DNA of 64,000 bases from Chrysomallon squamiferum (lineage: Eukaryota; Animalia; Mollusca). The stretch spans positions 24,242,001 through 24,306,000 of the forward strand of contig CM022679.1 of NCBI GenBank assembly GCA_012295275.1, read 5' to 3'. The position numbers and the translations under genes were made by a program. The notes under the pieces were generated by a model. The model searched no databases. It was not told the origin of the DNA and was given only the letters and a program-made list of their open reading frames with translations. Below are positions 23,509 through 63,330 of the stretch, piece after piece. Position 1 is the first letter of the stretch. Each line of letters starts with the position of its first letter.

Positions 23509-26500
23509 GTTAAGAGTTAAGGAAGCCATTTCTACGATAGCGCATGCTACTCTAGTCTATTAGTAACATTGTGATAGTTTAAGCAGGCTTTTTTGAAAGG
23601 AAACTATTTCTACGGTTTTTAATACAATATTCGTGGAGTACTAGTCTGTAACGGGAAAAAGATCCAATACGAACATCGGACATAACTGACATATATATTT
23701 TTTGTTGTTGTTATTTGGTATTATGTGTTTTGGAAAATTCAGTTTAACTCACATGTTTAAATTCTTCTAATAGTTGAGTGGTTACTGTTATGTCTGATTC
23801 AATAAATAAATTGTCTAGCTGCACCATAGTACCCTGAAAATAATAATAATAATAACGATGATGATGATGATGATGATGAGGATGTCGACGATAATGATGA
23901 TAATAATAATGATAATGATGATGATGATAATAATAATAATAATAACGATTAGGATGATGATGATGAAGATGAGGATGTCGACGATAATTATAATAATAAT
24001 AATAATAATGAGATGATAATGATAATGATGATATAATAATAATAATAATGTTCTGACAATGATGATGATAATAATAATGACGATGGTGATAATAATAAAA
24101 ATAACGACAACATGATAATAATGATTAGTATGAGGATGGCGATAAATATGATGATGATTATGATAACAAAATATGTTCAAATTAATTAATTTAGATACAA
24201 AATTTTAAAAATAATTTTCTGATATAATCAAATAAAATACAAAAAGAAATTATAAATAATTTTATTTATTTGTTACTACCTTGTACATTGCACACTTTGA
24301 GAAATAATCCGGAATTACGTCATTAGTTTGAGCGGCTAAACTTACCTGAAGATAAAATAAATACGCAAGTAAGTAAATAACCCATGTTAAAATCTCAAAT
24401 GATAGCAATTTTGAAGCAACTGACGATCGAAAATAATTATGTGAAATTACGGCAGTAATTAATAACGCATAGGGACCCATCTATACATTATATACATACC
24501 GAGAGAGAGACAGAGAGACAGACAGATATACAGATAGATATTAGGTGGATATGTGAAGTTTTAGTTAAAAGAAAACATTGTTAAGACAAAGGAGGATAGT
24601 TTGATAAATATTATTGTCATTATTGTAGTTCTTTTGTTCTGTACTTGTAAAATCTGCATGTATCTGTGCATACTCATACATATATTATATATATTTAGCA
24701 TTGATTTCAAAATTACTTAACTGGAGACTACATTTCCCGTCTGGCCTGGGCTAATTACTAGCTTTGCACGGGTTCCTTCACACACAGACACCCACACACA
24801 AACACACCCTCACCAACCCACACACATATGTATGTATGAAGGTACGTATGTGTGTACGTATTAATGAAAAAACGTATAAACGTACTCTAGAGAGATAAGA
24901 TCGAAATGACCCGTCCTCGTTTTCCATCATGTCCAGCTCGTTAGGGTCAATCTTCCACCACCACAGAGCTGACTTCATCTCAGCTGACCATCGTCTGTAA
25001 GTAAATACTTTTTACTTACTCAGTGGTCACTTGTACGAATGTGAGTACTTCTTAAACTAAGATTAGTAACACACACAATACACACACACACGCACAAACA
25101 CACTCACACACACAAAAACACATACAAACAAGATCACACACACAAAAACACATACACACAAACGCACAGAACACACACAAACGCACAGCACACACACACA
25201 CAAACACAAACACACACACAAACCCACACACAAACACAAACACACACACAAACACACAGAACACACAGACACACAGCACACACAAACACACACACAAACA
25301 AACACACACACAAAACACAGACACACAAACACACACACACAAACACACACCAACACACACAAACAAACACACACAAACAGACACAAACACAAACACACAC
25401 ACAAACAAACACACACACACAAACACAAACAAATACACAAACACACACACAAAAAAACACACACACACACAAACAAACACAAACACAAACAAACACACAG
25501 AACACACAGACACACAGCACACACAATCGCACACAGAAAAAAACCTCATCAAAGGCACATACACCAAAGACACATATAAAAATGCTGATATATAACGTCA
25601 GTAATGCGCTAACCAGTTTTAACAGATTCCACAGAATGCACAGTACCATGGAAGTAATAGGTAAGTTAGAGTATATCTGTCTATTTGAATGTTCAGAAAA
25701 GTAAATGATTGATAAAGATATCAAAATTTACATTTAAAGAATGTTTATGGAATATCTCTGAAAAAATTTCTTCCATTTGTATGAAGCCTTCTTTTTTTAA
25801 ATTCATTTAGAAATAAACGGAAAATAAACTGAACAGGCAAGAGATTCACAGTAACAGTATTTTTGTCGTTTAATCACCTGTAGAAGAAAAAAGCCAATAA
25901 AATCCCAGTGATGGCTAAAAACCCAACACATCCTGCTAGTCCAGTAATGATGACTTCAGTTTTGCCTAAAATAAAATAAAAACAAATAAACAAACAAACC
26001 AGCAAACAAACACATCTTAAGAAAAAAAACAAATATTTTTTTTAAAAATCGAAAGTTGTTGATAGCACAAAGACGAAAAATTAAAGTTGAATATTAAAAC
26101 ATTTGTATAAAATATATCTAACAAATATAGTATAAAAATAAAATAAAAAAAAAAATAAAAACAATAAAATAAATAAATAAAAATAATTAAATAAATAAAT
26201 AATAAACAAATAAATTTAATAAATTGCATAAAATTATAATAATAAAAATATGATTCTTTAATAATAATTCCATCATTTTAAAACAGAAGAAGAAGAATAA
26301 TAATAATAAATAGAAGAAGAAGAAGAAGAAAAGAAAGCGGATTTTCTTTAATACGCTAACCAGTGTTAGCCGATTCCACAGAAAGAAAAAGTGAAATCAT
26401 AGACAACACTTTTTGTCTTACTTGTTGGTGGGCAAAGTTCGTCGTTAAATCCACACAAAGGGGTGTCTGAAGGTGGGGCTCCTGCCGCCCAGTAAACCTC

Positions 26501-26927
26501 CACCCCTGGAATTTCCCTGTATATAAGATTTTCACCATAAACCATGGCGATAATCTAAAATATAAATACAGATTTTAATCTATGCACACGTATTACTAAC
26601 TAGCCCCTGTGTTAGTATGTACGTATTTTTATACGTTTGCCTGTCTCTCTGTCTGTCTGTCTGTCTGTCTGTTCATATATATGTAAGTATGTATGTATGT
26701 ATATATGTATGTATCTGTAACTATTGTAGTATGTATATAGCTGTATACATGGTTGTATGTATATATATATTTATGTTTGAATGTATTTGTGCGTATATGC
26801 ATGTGTATATTTGCATGTCTGTGTCTGTATGTATGTAAGTACGTTTATATTTATGTATAGATTTGAGTGTGTGTGTACAAGTGTGTATGTGTGAATATGT
26901 ATGTGTTTCTCTCTCTCTGTATGTGTG

Positions 26928-26971
<44 letters not shown>

Positions 26972-27863
26972 AAATTTATATGTAATTTACTTCAAATGTT
27001 CCAGTTTCTTGGTCTGTCATATGACTAATGGAAAAATCAGCAATTGCGTCACCTTTTTCATCTAACTTGATGTCTCCAAGAACGCCTGTAAAAATAGTAA
27101 ATTAACTTTATTTGATGTTAGACATATCATTTCGTTTTTAAAGTCTGTCTTTAGGTAGTATTAAAAATGGTATTTTATATAACTGTGTGTGTAACTGTGT
27201 GTGTAACTGTGTGTGTAACTGTGTGTGCAACTGTGTGTGTAACTGTGTGTGTAACTGTGTGTGTGACTGTCATTTGGAACTAAGTTCCAGCCTTGACAAA
27301 TAATAATGTATAGAAATAAAATTTTGTGTGGGTACAGCGAAACATCCTTTTTATGATTTTTTAAAATTATTTATTAAATTTTACTAATAAAGGTACAATA
27401 AAATTATCACGATATAGTTAATAATCTTTTAAAATTATTTTGTTTTAGTTTAATGATGGTGAAAACGTCGTCAGTATATTATGAAATTATTTGTTTGAAA
27501 TAGAATTCTTTATCCTTTGAATCATTTTTATTATTTCTTCAGCTTCATTTCTGCATATAATCTGAATTTTACATTTATATTGCCTGGTTTAACATCGAAC
27601 GTGTTGTGATGTGTACCTGCTCGGAAAGTGCGGTTCCACATTCTGTTTGAAATGACTTTTCCATCTCGCGGGTCTTCGCCATCGGCCAAAGTTTCATTTA
27701 AAACTTGAGCAAAGATCATGACAGCAGTGTGAAAAAGTGCGGAGTTAATCGAAACCTAAAATATTAAAGTGTACCTTCAGTCCGTGAGAAATTACAAAAA
27801 AAATATAACAAATAACAAAACAAAACAGAACAAAAAATATACATAATAATAATAATAAATAAA

Positions 27864-27894
<31 letters not shown>

Positions 27895-29060
27895 TAAAAA
27901 TCATAATAGATTTTTATATGCTTACAAGCTATTCTTATATTCATGTATTTACTTCGACCAACCATTAATGGTAATAAAGTCTGCTAATAAAGTAAATTAC
28001 GCTTTTGAAAAAATGGACAAAGATGGCATTTTCTCTTTTATGACAAGTAAAATATAAGAGTGTACACGTATTTCATAAGTTTATTATAAGTATTCAGAAA
28101 AATAATAAAATATAAAATTACAAAATGAAATTATTTTCTATTGAATTATGCTAGTGGTACGTCCAATGTCATACTTCAAGTGATATAGATTAAATGATAT
28201 AAAAAAAAAAAAAAAAAATAGGCAGATTTCCCCAGTTCAGTCGTTAACTAATACACGAACGGATTTCTTTTTTATTTCTTTGTTTTCTCTCTCTTTCTTT
28301 ATTTTTACATTATTTATTTAGTAAAACATGCTTACATACACTGAAGCTTGAAGCATTTCTGCCCAGAGAACATAACAACATGATCGATCTTACATTGCCC
28401 TGTCCAAAACAGCGTCGTTGTTAATGTTAAATAGAATAGACTCCTAATAAAGTGAATTTATACTAACTAATTAAATAAATAATAACCGGACCAGAGGTGT
28501 ACCTCAAGGCTAACTAACGTGTAATAAAAAATAAATTAATTTTAAAAAAGTGATCGTTTACCTCGGTTTTTTCAAAATCAAACTCGTAATCTCTAAGTGC
28601 TCTTTTCTTTACTTCTGAGTTGAATTTCTCCAATGTGGACGTCAGAGGGTAATGTGTAGAGATGTAGAACAAGTTGCAATAGGCTCTTCTTAAAAACTAC
28701 AAAAACAAAATCATTATCGTCTTTCTTTAAATTATGCATAGGTACTTAGGTGTTACATCTGTGTGTTGAGAGGAATGTATAATGTTTATGTTTGATGGTG
28801 TCTAAGATGTATCCATATAGGCACAGACGTGTGAACGTACCTACGTGTGTATGTGTGTATGTGTGTATGTCTGTGTATGCATAAATTTATACATCAGACA
28901 AATAGGTAAGTGCTGTTGTCAGTTAAAATTTAAACAACAGAATATATTATAGAAAATAAATAAAGAAACAAACCAACCAACCAACAAATAAATTAATTAA
29001 TTAATTAATAAATAAACAAATAAAAGTAACTATAAGAAATTTTAAAATAAAATACAGTCA

Positions 29061-29110
<50 letters not shown>

Positions 29111-29405
29111 CACCTCATTGTTTTTCAGATCATCTTTCCTTGTGTCTGGTAAAGATAAAACATCGTTGTATTTGGGAACAATAAACACGTAGTCACCAGA
29201 CGCAAAACCGATGTCATACGCGACCACCAACATCTTCTCCAACTCTGCCTTTTTCATCATAAGGACGAACACTGAAAATAATCGAATCACCATCATCACC
29301 ACCATCATTATCATCGTCATCATCATCATTATTATTATTATTATTTATTTATTATTGTTGTTGTTGTTGTTGTTGCTGTTGGTACTGTCGTTGTTACTGT
29401 TATTG

Positions 29406-29463
<58 letters not shown>

Positions 29464-30396
29464 TACTACTACTACTACTATATACATCATCTTTAGTAAT
29501 GTTCATAATTCTGTCATGAAACTGAATGATAAATGGGATCGTACGTTCAATCGTGCGTGCGTGTGTTCGCATAAAGATAATTATATCTACAGTTGATTTC
29601 TGTATAGTTAAATAATCAATATTAATTTTTTTTAAAAAAGTTTCTAACCTCTTGAATGAAAGCTTGCTTTTCTCAAGACATCGACGTAGTCATTACGTAC
29701 ATCTTTTGTCGAGTCTACTCCCAAGACAGTTGATATAACACTCGCACCAACCATTACTTTGAGATACGCCTCGATAGCCACTCTGGTATAGGGTACTGAA
29801 GTATCGTGAATGAAAACTACGTGAGTCCAGTTGTATCGTCGTAGCAGCAGACTGAAGACGTCGGCGTGCGGCTTCAGCAGGGCGAGTGACATACGAGTCA
29901 GCGTCGTAAACGTTGTTTTGTCGTCGAGGACGTCGTTGGAGCCCGAGGGTGTTAGTAGCGGAATGTTCCAGTTAGCAGCCATGTAACCAAGAACCTCTAC
30001 AGCTTCATCACAGTCTGTCAGTAAGAAATAAATAAACAAATAAATAGATAAATACTACTACTACTACTGCTACTACTACTACTACTACCACTACTACTAC
30101 TATTACTACTACTACTACTACTACTACTAATAATAATAATAATAATAATAATCATAATAAAAATTCGTTTTACTATTTTATAAGTGAGTCTGTGCGTGCG
30201 TACACGTGTGTTTGTGTGTGTGTGCATGCGTGACTGCATACATATTATGTTCTTACGTAATATTTTTGGAGTGTTATTTTGGTCATTAAATTTCATACTG
30301 CCGCTATGTACGAATGCAAGTTCTTTGAATTTATTTATTTATTTATTTATTTATTTACTTATTTTTATTATTATGATTATGATTATTATTATTATT

Positions 30397-30429
<33 letters not shown>

Positions 30430-31247
30430 ATATTTTTAAATTTTATTTTATGCATTAAATTATCAAGTCTTTTTAAGCTGTTTATGAGGTCGTCTTCCTT
30501 CGACAGCTTGTATCTTATAACACCGTATTCACTTAATTTACAATCCGCCAGGTGGCACTGTAATCTGGTTTTAAAGAAATCAATTCTCATTCGTGGAAAG
30601 TTAAATATTTCTCACGAAACTGATACAAACAGGATTTAAACATAATGTTTTTACGAACATGTAACAGTCTATTTTAATCTTTTTCTCTATAAAACGTGAT
30701 TCGTGGATTTCGTTGTAGGTTTGCACCTGTATATTTCATGATATTAGTAAAGTGAAAAACATATTTTTGAATCTCTCTCGCTCTATTTTTTGTTTGTTTT
30801 TGTTCTCTTTTTGATCTTCTTTTTATTCTTCTTTTAAAAATTAAACTCATGTTAAATTTATTAATGCATGTTACGTTACAGCTGCAAAAACACACAGACA
30901 GAAAATGATATTAATCAAAACTTTATATTATTGTTGTAATATTAAATTATTGTTTGTTGTTGTTGTTGTTGTTGTTGTTATTATTACTGTCAGCAGTAAT
31001 TTTATTTATTTTTATAAAATTCTTATCGAGTTATTTTTCTTAAAAACAAAATAACAAATAATAATAATAATTTATAACACACACAGACATACACACAACA
31101 CGTTCGATGTATAATTTATTATGACGATACGATAATGGATAAATACATATGTATATGCGTAAACAAAAACACAAACCATAATCAGCTACATTTGATTGTA
31201 CGCGTCCGTATATGTCTGTTTCTATATGTATTATATAGGTGATTGTG

Positions 31248-31282
<35 letters not shown>

Positions 31283-31671
31283 ACGTTGTATATCTCTGTA
31301 ATTGTACACGTGTGAACTTATTTACAAAACTTACCTGGTCCTATAAACACAGAAACATTTTCCGTGTACACGAGATGAGCAGCCAGTGTTCCTACGTTCT
31401 TCTTACTTTCTTCACAAGCTTTTGACGTCTCCTTCGAGATGTGTCTAAACTCTACTATGTGTCCGTAAATCTCTCTAACTTCATCCAGCGCCATATCAAT
31501 GGCTGGGCCAAACTGCAGGATGTTAGGAAACAATCGAGTCGCTGTGTCGTTGTTCATCAAAGTCACTATCGTCGTCAAATGACGTTCACGAGAAGCGATG
31601 ACGTTGTTTCTTATGATATGTAGTAGATACAAGAATTGTGCCACGGTTCTGAAACTGTGTCCCACAGCCAT
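17295..31671 (-). CDS. Receptor-type guanylyl cyclase, natriuretic peptide receptor A/B-like; 23 coding exons, ~1052 aa
   Basis: Phase-consistent exons: 31335-31671, 29649-30014, 29114-29271, 28562-28696, 27617-27755, 26991-27085, 26422-26554, 25878-25965, 24886-24994, 24280-24345, 23753-23833, 23299-23403, 22837-22908, 22312-22474, 21818-21970, 21098-21266, 20578-20730, 20104-20227, 19509-19577, 18817-18991, 18070-18168, 17729-17820, 17295-17372 (3159 nt). Domains: ANF-receptor ECD, TM, kinase-homology domain, coiled-coil hinge, class III cyclase. Confidence 0.95.
17729..17820 (-). CDS. rGC exon 22 (MKVHISEDT...ERGSIEIK)
   Basis: AG/GT bounded. Confidence 0.93.
18070..18168 (-). CDS. rGC exon 21: cyclase ([32 protein letters not shown])
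   Basis: Canonical motif except R to M. Confidence 0.96.
18817..18991 (-). CDS. rGC exon 20: cyclase ([15 protein letters not shown]...LRIGLHS)
   Basis: Canonical motif except E to Q. Confidence 0.96.
19509..19577 (-). CDS. rGC exon 19: cyclase ([23 protein letters not shown])
   Basis: Canonical motif. Confidence 0.96.
20104..20227 (-). CDS. rGC exon 18: cyclase ([22 protein letters not shown])
   Basis: SDIVGFT motif; GC donor. Confidence 0.95.
20578..20730 (-). CDS. rGC exon 17: hinge ([21 protein letters not shown]...LLYQILP)
   Basis: Near-identical to the NPR hinge motif. Confidence 0.96.
21098..21266 (-). CDS. rGC exon 16: KHD C-lobe (RP...CWAE..AERPQF)
   Basis: CW..ERP motif. Confidence 0.92.
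21818..21970 (-). CDS. rGC exon 15: KHD (LWRAPEIL...[13 protein letters not shown])
   Basis: APE and DVYSFG motifs. Confidence 0.95.
22312..22474 (-). CDS. rGC exon 14: KHD (GMMYLHSS...[24 protein letters not shown])
   Basis: HGNL pseudokinase motif of rGCs. Confidence 0.95.
22837..22908 (-). CDS. rGC exon 13: KHD ([11 protein letters not shown]...SDIAQ)
   Basis: AG/GT bounded. Confidence 0.9.
23299..23403 (-). CDS. rGC exon 12: KHD ([16 protein letters not shown]...EFCQKG)
   Basis: Kinase subdomain IV-V motifs. Confidence 0.92.
23753..23833 (-). CDS. rGC exon 11: kinase-homology domain (GTMVQLDNL...LLEEFKH)
   Basis: ttttcag acceptor, GTGAGT donor. Confidence 0.88.
24280..24345 (-). CDS. 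rGC exon 10 ([22 protein letters not shown])
   Basis: 66 nt, phase 0-0; begins with GTAAGT. Confidence 0.8.
24886..24994 (-). CDS. rGC exon 9: intracellular juxtamembrane ([11 protein letters not shown])
   Basis: AG/GT bounded; W(K/R)I motif. Confidence 0.88.
25069..25535. repeat. Degenerate (CA)/(CAAA) compound microsatellite
   Basis: Direct reading; source of spurious Cys/Val ORFs. Confidence 0.95.
25878..25965 (-). CDS. rGC exon 8: transmembrane helix ([25 protein letters not shown])
   Basis: Hydrophobic run, AG/GT bounded. Confidence 0.9.
26422..26554 (-). CDS. rGC exon 7: juxtamembrane ([18 protein letters not shown])
   Basis: Conserved PPxDxPxCGF motif. Confidence 0.92.
26991..27085 (-). 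CDS. rGC exon 6: ECD ([17 protein letters not shown])
   Basis: AG/GT bounded, in frame. Confidence 0.9.
27180..27270. repeat. 12-bp minisatellite (taactgtgtgtg) ~7 copies
   Basis: Direct reading. Confidence 0.95.
27617..27755 (-). CDS. rGC exon 5: ECD ([17 protein letters not shown]...MWNRTF)
   Basis: Hallmark NPR motif MWNRTF. Confidence 0.92.
28562..28696 (-). CDS. rGC exon 4: ECD (FLRRAY...[17 protein letters not shown])
   Basis: AG/GT bounded, phase 0-0. Confidence 0.88.
29114..29271 (-). CDS. rGC exon 3: ECD (GDYVFI)
   Basis: AG/GT bounded, in frame. Confidence 0.88.
29649..30014 (-). CDS. rGC exon 2: ECD ([21 protein letters not shown]...TTLTRM...YNWTHV)
   Basis: AG/GT bounded, phase 1-1, NPR-like motifs. 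Confidence 0.92.
31335..31671 (-). CDS. rGC exon 1: signal peptide and start of ANF-receptor ligand-binding domain (GPAIDMAL...VFIGP)
   Basis: ATG at 31671, GTAAGT donor, PAIDMA and FIGP motifs. Confidence 0.85.
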
Positions 31672-32632
31672 TGTTAGCAATTATATAAAATAAATTGTCT
31701 ACTGTAACCGAAGATTTTCTGAATTACTGTTTTCTTGCGTGCATTGGCTTTTATAATTACGGCCGAGATTTTAAAATCGAACAGAAAATGTGTAGAAAAA
31801 AAAATTAAAGACGAAAACAAGAAAAAAGATTTTGAATTCTGATGTGGGAATTTTCGAATTTTTAGGAATAGTATTAATCTTCTTTGTTTAAAGATCGATG
31901 GATGTTTAAAGTGCAATTTAGATCAATGCAATCTAGAAGAAAATTTTAAGAAAAAAATGCTTATTTTATAATCTTCCAAATGATTGTTTTCTTTCTCAGT
32001 AGTGATTATTTTTGCGACGATGTGTTTTTCAGATAATTAACAGTTAAAACATCTAATATGGAACAAGAAAACATTGCAAACATTTATAGTCTGTCATTAT
32101 TTTTGTTATTGTTCTTTTTGTTTATTTATTTATTTATTTATTTGTTTGTTATTTATAAACGTTTTGAATACATCACTACGGTATATACATAATTCTTCGA
32201 TATATATATGATAAATTTATTTTATTTACATAGCAATATGTAATATTATACGTACATCACATTCAAAGTGTTTCATTAATACATATAAAAAGACAACAGA
32301 TAACTAAAACGATACTTGTTTATTTTATATTTATTTATTCTTTAAAAATCTTGTTACAGAAAACAATAGCAGATAATGACATAATGATATGATCAGAAAC
32401 AATTTATATTACAATAGTAAATAAATAAAAAACAAAACAAAGCATATAATTACATAGATAAATGAAACAAGAACGACAACAAAGGAATAATAATTTAATA
32501 AGAAAAAATAACGTTTTGAAAGAAAACACTAACAAAAAAAATTGTTTATATAGAGATATGTAAGTAGTATAATTATTATGAGATCAAATCAATCATTTAG
32601 GATGAATAATAGTGGAATTTTTAAAAAGCAAA

Positions 32633-32700
<68 letters not shown>

Positions 32701-32859
32701 GTATATATATATATTCAAATTATTGATGGGTGGGTATAACTCGTATTAAAATTATCACACAAACATAGAGTTGTATAAAATAATGTTATGTGTTGATAAT
32801 AACGGTTGTGTTTAACTTTTTAAATCATTGAAAGATTATTATAGTGCTTGTGTATGGAT

Positions 32860-33110
32860 TGCACTTCACTGTAGAGTGCTGATGCGATGTACAGTTGGTC
32901 GAAGAATCAATCCTCCTCAGCACTCCTGTAAGACAATACCCCATTCCAGCCTACGCTCTGTGTTTATCAAATGCTGTAAGTGCATATGAAACATGTATTT
33001 ATTGCCAATCAGTAAGAGTAGCCATTTTCATTATAGAAAACCACTGTTTTGAAAATCAGTAACAGTTAATATTACAATTTGCTTAGGTGTTCTAAATACA
33101 TCATTAATTT
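32860..33110 (+). mobile_element. Decayed SINE, same family as 8090-8412
   Basis: ggtcgaagaatcaatcctcctcag head; tatcaaa, gtgcatat, ttgccaatcagtaagagtagcc core words. Confidence 0.45.
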
Positions 33111-34041
33111 CATGATATAACAGCGTATTACATGGTACCCATACACAGCATCAACAAACAAACAAAACAAAAAAAACAAAATAAATAAATAAATGTGTGG
33201 ACTGTTGTTTTTTAGCATACTCCTGAAATTTAAGGATATTCAATTTTGACAATTTTATAATGGTTGACTTTCACGGGTTTTAATAATCAGTGGGGAAACC
33301 TTGGTTTACATTAAGAAATAATAATCTCATGTAAGTTGTAACATGACTTGTATAGCTAGTTTATATAATCTGATACAAACGGTGAAATCATATTATAAAC
33401 ATATCTAACAAATAGATTAAGTCAAAGTAATATCGTCTATTTGTCTGGCTATTTCAGCTATACGCTGATTGTGTAAATAGTCTAGAACGTATAATTTTTA
33501 ATTCTGTAAATTTTCTAATTTTCTTAATTTGAGCTGGTTATATTACTATTATTCTTCGTTGGCAAAGGTTGGTATCCACTATAAAAAAATATATATATTT
33601 CTGTTATTTGTTTGTTATTATTTATTTTATTTTGTTTTATTTATTTAATTTTTTTTTTCTGTTTGCTTAAATATAATGAATAGTAAAGAAAAAAAGAAAG
33701 AAAGAAAGAAAATTATTATAAAGAAAGACAAATAAAGAAAGAACAAAACACCAACTACATTACTATTTCAACCGAAAAAAAGAATCAGAAAAAAAAAAAA
33801 TAACAATTTCTGTGACAAAGCTAACTACACATTCTCTGACGTAACAACAAACAATAAATTGTGAAAAAATAAAAAGTGTATAAACTATTTTACAAAATAT
33901 AAATTCAGACGGCACAAACAACAAAAACAATAACACTGTCATCTCGCAGACAAAAGAGAAAGAATCGTTTTCCTCGGGTAAAAGTGAAGAAGTGCTGGTC
34001 CTTGGTGAGAAGTGTCAGTGACGTTTATACATCAGATTGTG

Positions 34042-60769
<26,728 letters not shown>

Positions 60770-62599
60770 TGCTATTGAAAATCACTGTGTTGGTTTTATT
60801 CTTTCTTCATGTGGCCTAGTTATTACGTTCAACTAACAGTAATCTTCAGAAATTGTCACTATAGGTAACTAATAACTAAAATGATTATTATAAATCCAAT
60901 GAATTTGCTTCAAAACACTCCAAGTAGATTGTGAATATGATATATAAATAAGTAATTACAAAGTTAAATTCCAATGAATTCACTGCAGCATTTAGTATAA
61001 TTCCAGTGACTTCAGTACAAACTTTCTAAGTATGGTACTAAATATACAAATAAATAACTATAAAATTTCAATCCAGTGATTTCACTACAGTATTTAATAT
61101 AATTCCAGTTAAATAATTTTGAATACTCTAAGCAGACTGATAAAGAAATATAACCTAGTAACTATAAAGTTTAATTCCAAGGAATTCACTATAAATCCAA
61201 TGAAATAATTTCAAACACACAAACAGATTAACATCCAGATAACAGTATGCTTGAATAATGTGTCTTACCACAGTGAAAACGGATTCATTGAATTTGCTAC
61301 ATCTGAAACAGAATTTGAATTAATAAAGTCATTAGTTATATTATAGCATTTAATCAGTAAAATTATTAAACAAACAAAACTAAATCCAAAATTTTCTTCA
61401 GGAAACATCTTAAAATGAAATCCTGTTTACAGATATCATTTATATATGTGCAGGACGATTCTATGTACAGTTTTATATTCAATTTACTTTAATTAAAAAC
61501 ACACCTGTTTCTCTGTCAATCAGGAAATAACCTATATTTTCAAGAACAATTAATAGCAAAAAATACTATATTTATAACTATTAATTAAAAACTGATAATC
61601 TACAATTTACCTGTATCAACTTTCCCTTTGAAAAACATCCTGAAACTAATACAACATCTAAACAGTAACTTTACACATCATAATTTAACAGCAGCCAACA
61701 ACATGCATTCAAATAAAACTCATGGAACTTTTTCAGTTGAGTCAGGAGCATATTGCCATCGAAGACAATGGTAACGTACAAACAAAAGCGCAACACCTGT
61801 GGATCGATATATGTGCTTGCCCAGTGGAAGAAGGATTCTGAACAAATGTGGTTTGAAAGCGAATTACAACAGCACTAACCTATATCAGTCTTGCTTTTCG
61901 TAGGTTTGCCATCTGTTCCACTACCATCAGCTGAACCAACAACCAGAGTTGTCCAAATCTTTAATTGATCTTTGCGTCTTCACTTTAAATTATTGATGGT
62001 CCCAGTAGTTTATTTTCTTGATCAATACCTGTATCTGGACTGTAGGTAGCTTGTTAGTTAAAGACTGGTGTTGTTTTCTTACTGAAGATGAGCTCAGACA
62101 ATACTCCCTTTATTTCTTGCCTTGGAGATCCATTAAAAAGAACAGAGTTTGATATTATTTCTGTGTGTGTGTGTGTGTGTGTGATATAATGCTGATTCTC
62201 TTGTTCCTTGAAAGTTATTATTTTAATGTTATTTATTTAATATTTATTGTTGTTATTTATTTACTAATTTATTTATTTATATATTTATTTGTTTAGTTAG
62301 TTAATTTTTTATTATTATTATTTCATTTTGTTTCATTTTATATATTATTTACATTATCAATAACTGAAGTTTATTAACATCTGTATTACTACTATTATTA
62401 TTGTTAATAATATTATTATAGCTCCTTGTACTATCACTATTTCTATTAATGTTGTTACTATTTGTGTTGTTGTTACATAAATATAAATAGTTATTGATTT
62501 ATTTATTTATTCTTCATTTTTAACACTAGAAGTACATCAATAATATTATTAAAACAAAAGTATTTAAATGTTCTTGTTTGCTGCATTAACCGCAAAAAC

Positions 62600-63330
62600 A
62601 AACAGTAATAAATATCTGCTGATAATTTGTAAACATAAACGACAACTTTTGAGACAGTGGCTGGAACTGGAAAAACCCAATACGTCAACAAAAAATTATT
62701 TATTGCAACATGGTGTACCTAACCCAGGTACTAAATTCTAACCACTGAACCTTAGCCCATGCTATTTCATGCACTGCACAAAAATCCCAGCATTGACAGG
62801 TGCCATGGTTTTCAGTTTCTACAGTAGGCCTATGTGTTAATAACGGAACTGTATGCACAAAATAATGATTATATTTTTTTTCTGCCACTACATTATTTAT
62901 TCTCAATTTATTCAGACAAATTCGTGAGGACGACACATCCCACTTCGTCTGAGTTTGCATTTATTATTTTATACCAGGTAAACGATGGATAAAATCAATA
63001 ATCGTGGTTAAATCACGTGACATGTATTTCTGTACTTGACGACATGTGCGTGATGTTTGAATAGGTTGCTGATGGTGAGGTGTCATTTGTTAATAATAAG
63101 TTGATCAAATCGAGCTCAGTGGCATTATTTGCCTTAATTTTTCTTCGTGAATGTCACACAACGCTTATAATATCTGTTTCAGATTTTTTTAGCGCTGTAA
63201 TAATTGAACACCGTCTACGTATTTTCGACATGGAACTTTGGCCGTAATGATTTATTTTACTGATGTAAAAACCGAAACTGCTGTTGGGTCATGACCTATA
63301 ATGGATAGATCTATCACCTGATACTAAGTA
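62600..63330. promoter_or_regulatory. Probable bidirectional promoter region between delphilin and the ZDHHC4-like gene
   Basis: CpG dinucleotides reappear after a long depleted tract; TCACGTGA E-box near 63013-63020; flanked by divergent genes. Confidence 0.5.

Noticed and set aside
25052-25724. Cys/Val-rich ORFs in three frames
   Set aside because: (CA)n compound microsatellite artefact; the same applies to the many poly-SL, ER, YI and I ORFs.
17295-31671. Cyclase as a pseudogene given its active-site changes
   Set aside because: All 23 exons are open and phase-consistent with intact splice sites, and the hinge and catalytic motifs are strongly conserved.
61730-62160. Coding-looking stretch upstream of delphilin
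   Set aside because: Stops in all frames examined and no recognisable motif; could be UTR or a decayed element, but cannot be supported.
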